Shown in pieces: positions 63,105-64,000 of a DNA stretch of 64,000 nt. The DNA is taken from assembly GCF_964204645.1 (NCBI RefSeq), contig NC_134025.1:21680299-21744298 (forward strand), given 5' to 3'. The stretch's first letter is position 1. The number at the start of each line of letters is the position of its first letter. The notes under the pieces are model-generated. The model was not told the origin of the DNA, made no database searches, and worked only from the letters and a program-made list of their open reading frames with translations. The translations under genes and the position numbers were made by a program. Source of the stretch: Tubulanus polymorphus (taxonomy: Eukaryota > Animalia > Nemertea).

Positions 63105-63541
63105 GAGTCAATCTGTCAATCAATCTGATTCGATTGCAGGAGTCAAGCCTGTAGCTGATCGCCCGGAACTTCCATCTCGAGACGTCAGCGTTAACCAACA
63201 ACACAGGTTGTCAAAGCGGATTAGCATAGTTATCATAAAATCATCATCTGATTATCCCTCGGACTGCTTCTTTTCTCACTTTGTACCAATATCTGGATTT
63301 GTTGAAATTCTTGGAGAACAATAATTGTTACGCCTTTGTGATTGTTTACTTCTTGGCTCATGCCCGTCCTAAGCTTAACAGCTCCACTTACGAACTCATT
63401 TACTTTTCTTTAAAGCTACATTATGTGAGACAAATTTGTATAAACGATGCAATTTCAACAAATCTATATATTGGAGGTACTGGTCGATCGGCTACAGGTT
63501 TGACTCTTGCAATCGAATCAGATTGATCGACAGATTGACTC
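63105..63541. mobile_element. Element with ~70 bp terminal inverted repeats
   Basis: GAGTCAATCTGTCAATCAATCTGATTCGATTGCAGGAGTCAAGCCTGTAGCTGATCG pairs with CGATCGGCTACAGGTTTGACTCTTGCAATCGAATCAGATTGATCGACAGATTGACTC; ~300 bp unique interior. Confidence 0.75.
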
Positions 63542-64000
63542 CTTACAAATCCATCCACACATGTAGCTTGATGAAAAAATAAATGCCTTCGTAAGTGCAG
63601 CTGTTAAGCAAGCGATGGGCATGCGCCACTTTATTAGAAGTAAACAATCAGAAAAGCGCAAAATGTTCTTCAAGAATCGCGTTTTCTTTTTATTATCGAA
63701 TTTGAATTTATGCGTATTTGAACAAAGATCGAACGTAACATCCAACAGTATTCGACTGAACAGTTTTCTAAATTTGACTAAATAGTTTCGACAGATTTTA
63801 TCACCATCGGAGCACCCACTGGCAAGCGAGTACCACCCGCCAAAGCTCGGTCGCGCCTGCTTTCGCGTCCCCCTTTCTTTGGGGGAAAATTATGCACAGC
63901 TTGGCTAGAGTTCTCTGATCAATTGTGCAGTGAAAGTTTCCCCGCTGAAATGACTTTTCTTGATGTTGCAGTCGGTTCGATCAGGCGATACTAAAGAATC

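Noticed and set aside
1-64000. CRISPR array, prokaryotic defence operon or autonomous transposon/RT ORF
   Set aside because: Spliceosomal-intron eukaryotic DNA with no regularly spaced direct repeats. The only long ORF is the NWD exon, which is joined to spliced 5' exons, so it is not a bacterial STAND gene or contaminant.

Overview
AT-rich, intron-rich eukaryotic DNA from an invertebrate animal (lophotrochozoan-like; the taxon cannot be fixed from the sequence alone). I assembled six protein-coding genes by hand from splice sites and reading-frame phases: (1) the last exon of a voltage-gated sodium channel alpha subunit (+, <1-700); (2) an Aven-like gene (-, 7120-10563); (3) PPIL4 (+, 11366-18140), head-to-head with Aven; (4) a prolyl 4-hydroxylase alpha subunit (-, 19550-26158); (5) an NWD-like DUF4062-NACHT-WD gene with a ~5.4 kb terminal exon (-, 27849-35568); (6) a Prop-family PRD-class homeobox gene (-, 42590-58717). 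Introns and intergenic DNA hold many MITE-like inverted-repeat elements. The most notable observations are three foldback elements built around a minimal hammerhead-ribozyme motif of the Penelope/retrozyme type (one looks intact, 39892-39933), a U12-type intron separating the PPIL4 RS tail, three frame-required GC-AG introns within 11 kb, a 500 bp intronic palindrome, and a ~35 bp hairpin element with a 7 bp target-site duplication. No CRISPR array, rRNA, intact tRNA or autonomous transposase/RT ORF was seen. All alignments were done by eye.
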